NCBI GenBank assembly: GCA_041497895.1
Contig: JBGQHJ010000026.1
Span: 1 to 40,835, forward strand
DNA length: 40,835 bases
Direction: 5' to 3'
Source of the DNA: Candidatus Methylomirabilia bacterium
GTDB lineage: Bacteria; Methylomirabilota; Methylomirabilia; Rokubacteriales; CSP1-6
Both the position numbers and the translations under genes were made by a program. Below the pieces are notes generated by a model, which was given only the letters and a program-made list of their open reading frames with translations, was not told the DNA's origin and did no database searches. The stretch's first letter is position 1; each line of letters opens with the position of its first letter. This document shows positions 39,882 through 40,835 of the stretch, in pieces.

Positions 39882-40403
39882 ATGCTCACATCGCTGCGTC
39901 GATTCGTGCTCCGGAGTTCGCTCGTGGTCGCGCTGCTCACGCTCGGGCTGTCCGGCATCGCCGGCGCCGCCGGGGGCGGAGGAAGCGAAGGGACCAGTAC
40001 CCCCGCCAAGCCGGAGGATCCGCAGTACACGGCGGCGGTGAAGGCCATCAGGGCGGGCGAGTACGCGAAGGCGATCCCGCTGCTCGAGGGCGTGACCTCG
40101 CGCGACGCCAGGAACGCCGACGCCTACAACTGGCTCGCGTACGCCACCCGCAAGAACGGCAACCCCACCGCGGCCATCCCGATCTACGAGAAGGCGCTCG
40201 CCATCGATCCCAAGCACAAGGGGGCCCACGAGTACATCGGCGAGGCGTATCTCATGCTCGGCGACCTGCCCCACGCCAAGGAGCACCTGAAGACGCTCGA
40301 CTCGCTCTGCTTCATCACGTGCTCCGAGTACCGCGATCTGAAGCGCGCGGTCGAGGCCTACGAGAAGTCCGGCGGCAAGTCGAAGCCTACTGCCTCTCAG
40401 TAG
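39882..40403 (+). CDS. Secreted TPR-repeat protein
   Basis: GGAGG RBS; signal peptide; TPRs NADAYNWLAYA and YEKALAIDPKHKGAHEYIGEAYL; C...C.EYRDL motif. Confidence 0.87.
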   Translation: MLTSLRRFVLRSSLVVALLTLGLSGIAGAAGGGGSEGTSTPAKPEDPQYTAAVKAIRAGEYAKAIPLLEGVTSRDARNADAYNWLAYATRKNGNPTAAIPIYEKALAIDPKHKGAHEYIGEAYLMLGDLPHAKEHLKTLDSLCFITCSEYRDLKRAVEAYEKSGGKSKPTASQ

Positions 40404-40406
40404 TTT

Positions 40407-40579
40407 CGGTGGGGTGGGCGGCGGAGGTGGGAGGCAGGGGGGCCGCTGACCACGGCCCTTTTCGGCCTCCCGCTTGGCCGCCAGGATTTCCCAACCCGGG
40501 CGGCTTCAGGCGTCGCGGCGCTTAGCTGGAACGGGTCAGTCGGCCCCCCTGCCTCCCACCTCCGCCGCCCACCCCACCG
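40407..40579. repeat. 173 bp palindromic element (45/46 bp inverted arms, 82 bp spacer), MITE/REP-like
   Basis: 40407-40445 is the exact reverse complement of 40541-40579 (39 bp), plus 6 more bp after a 1 nt bulge; inner GCCGCC/GGCGGC stem. Confidence 0.87.
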
Positions 40580-40835
40580 CCTCGCGGAGCCCCAGTCGAC
40601 CTCACCGCGCGCTCGAAGATTCTCGAACCTCGCCTGCGGTTGATTGACCACCGCGGCGTTCATGAAGTTGCTCGAAGCTGCCGGAAGCTGCCGAGGATCC
40701 CGTGGGAGGAGAGGCCGGGGAGGAGGGGAGGGGCGGGGGGGGGGGCCGCCGGCCCCCCGCCCGCGCCACCCCGCCCCGCCCCCGCCCCCCCCCCCCGCGG
40801 CCCCGCCCAGGCCCCAGCGGCCCCCCCCCCCCGCC

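Noticed and set aside
40700..40835. G-run then C-run low-complexity tail as a third palindromic element
   Set aside because: Arms do not pair cleanly, and long homopolymers at the sequence end suggest poor base calls. It may be a collapsed hairpin, but this cannot be supported.

Overview
Very GC-rich bacterial chromosomal segment of about 39 genes, dominated by transport and small-molecule catabolism. The gene mix suggests a soil/sediment lineage such as Ca. Rokubacteria (inference only). Left to right: the 3' end of a Ugp-like carbohydrate ABC operon; a divergent envelope cluster (DUF6600/FecR-like protein, Pro/Tyr-rich secreted protein, glycine-zipper lipoprotein); a candidate sigma54-driven operon (small membrane protein, USP-like protein, frameshifted lipoprotein); M20 amidohydrolase, VOC, LLM and DinB genes; an LLM and alpha/beta hydrolase pair; a flavin-dependent halogenase-like gene; a PhyH dioxygenase divergent from an ABC importer with a Tat-exported binding protein and no ATPase, followed by a TfdA-like dioxygenase; Spy/CpxP; a fused CydDC-like ABC exporter; MFS; PhaB/FabG-like SDR; dienelactone hydrolase; LLM; kinase-like P-loop protein; SDR; a LysM lytic transglycosylase with a candidate sigma54/IHF promoter; Rieske oxygenase; RND plus MFP; two PgdA/PuuE-like deacetylases around an SDR; and a TPR protein. 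I found no rRNA, tRNA, CRISPR array, transposase or transcription-factor gene. The most unusual non-coding signal is a pair of 173-175 bp palindromic elements (1916-2090 and 40407-40579) with about 46 bp G-rich/C-rich arms and 82-83 bp spacers, each just after a stop codon. The best candidate for an uncharacterised system is the DUF6600 envelope cluster. All product calls come from motifs read by eye; no database searches were run.
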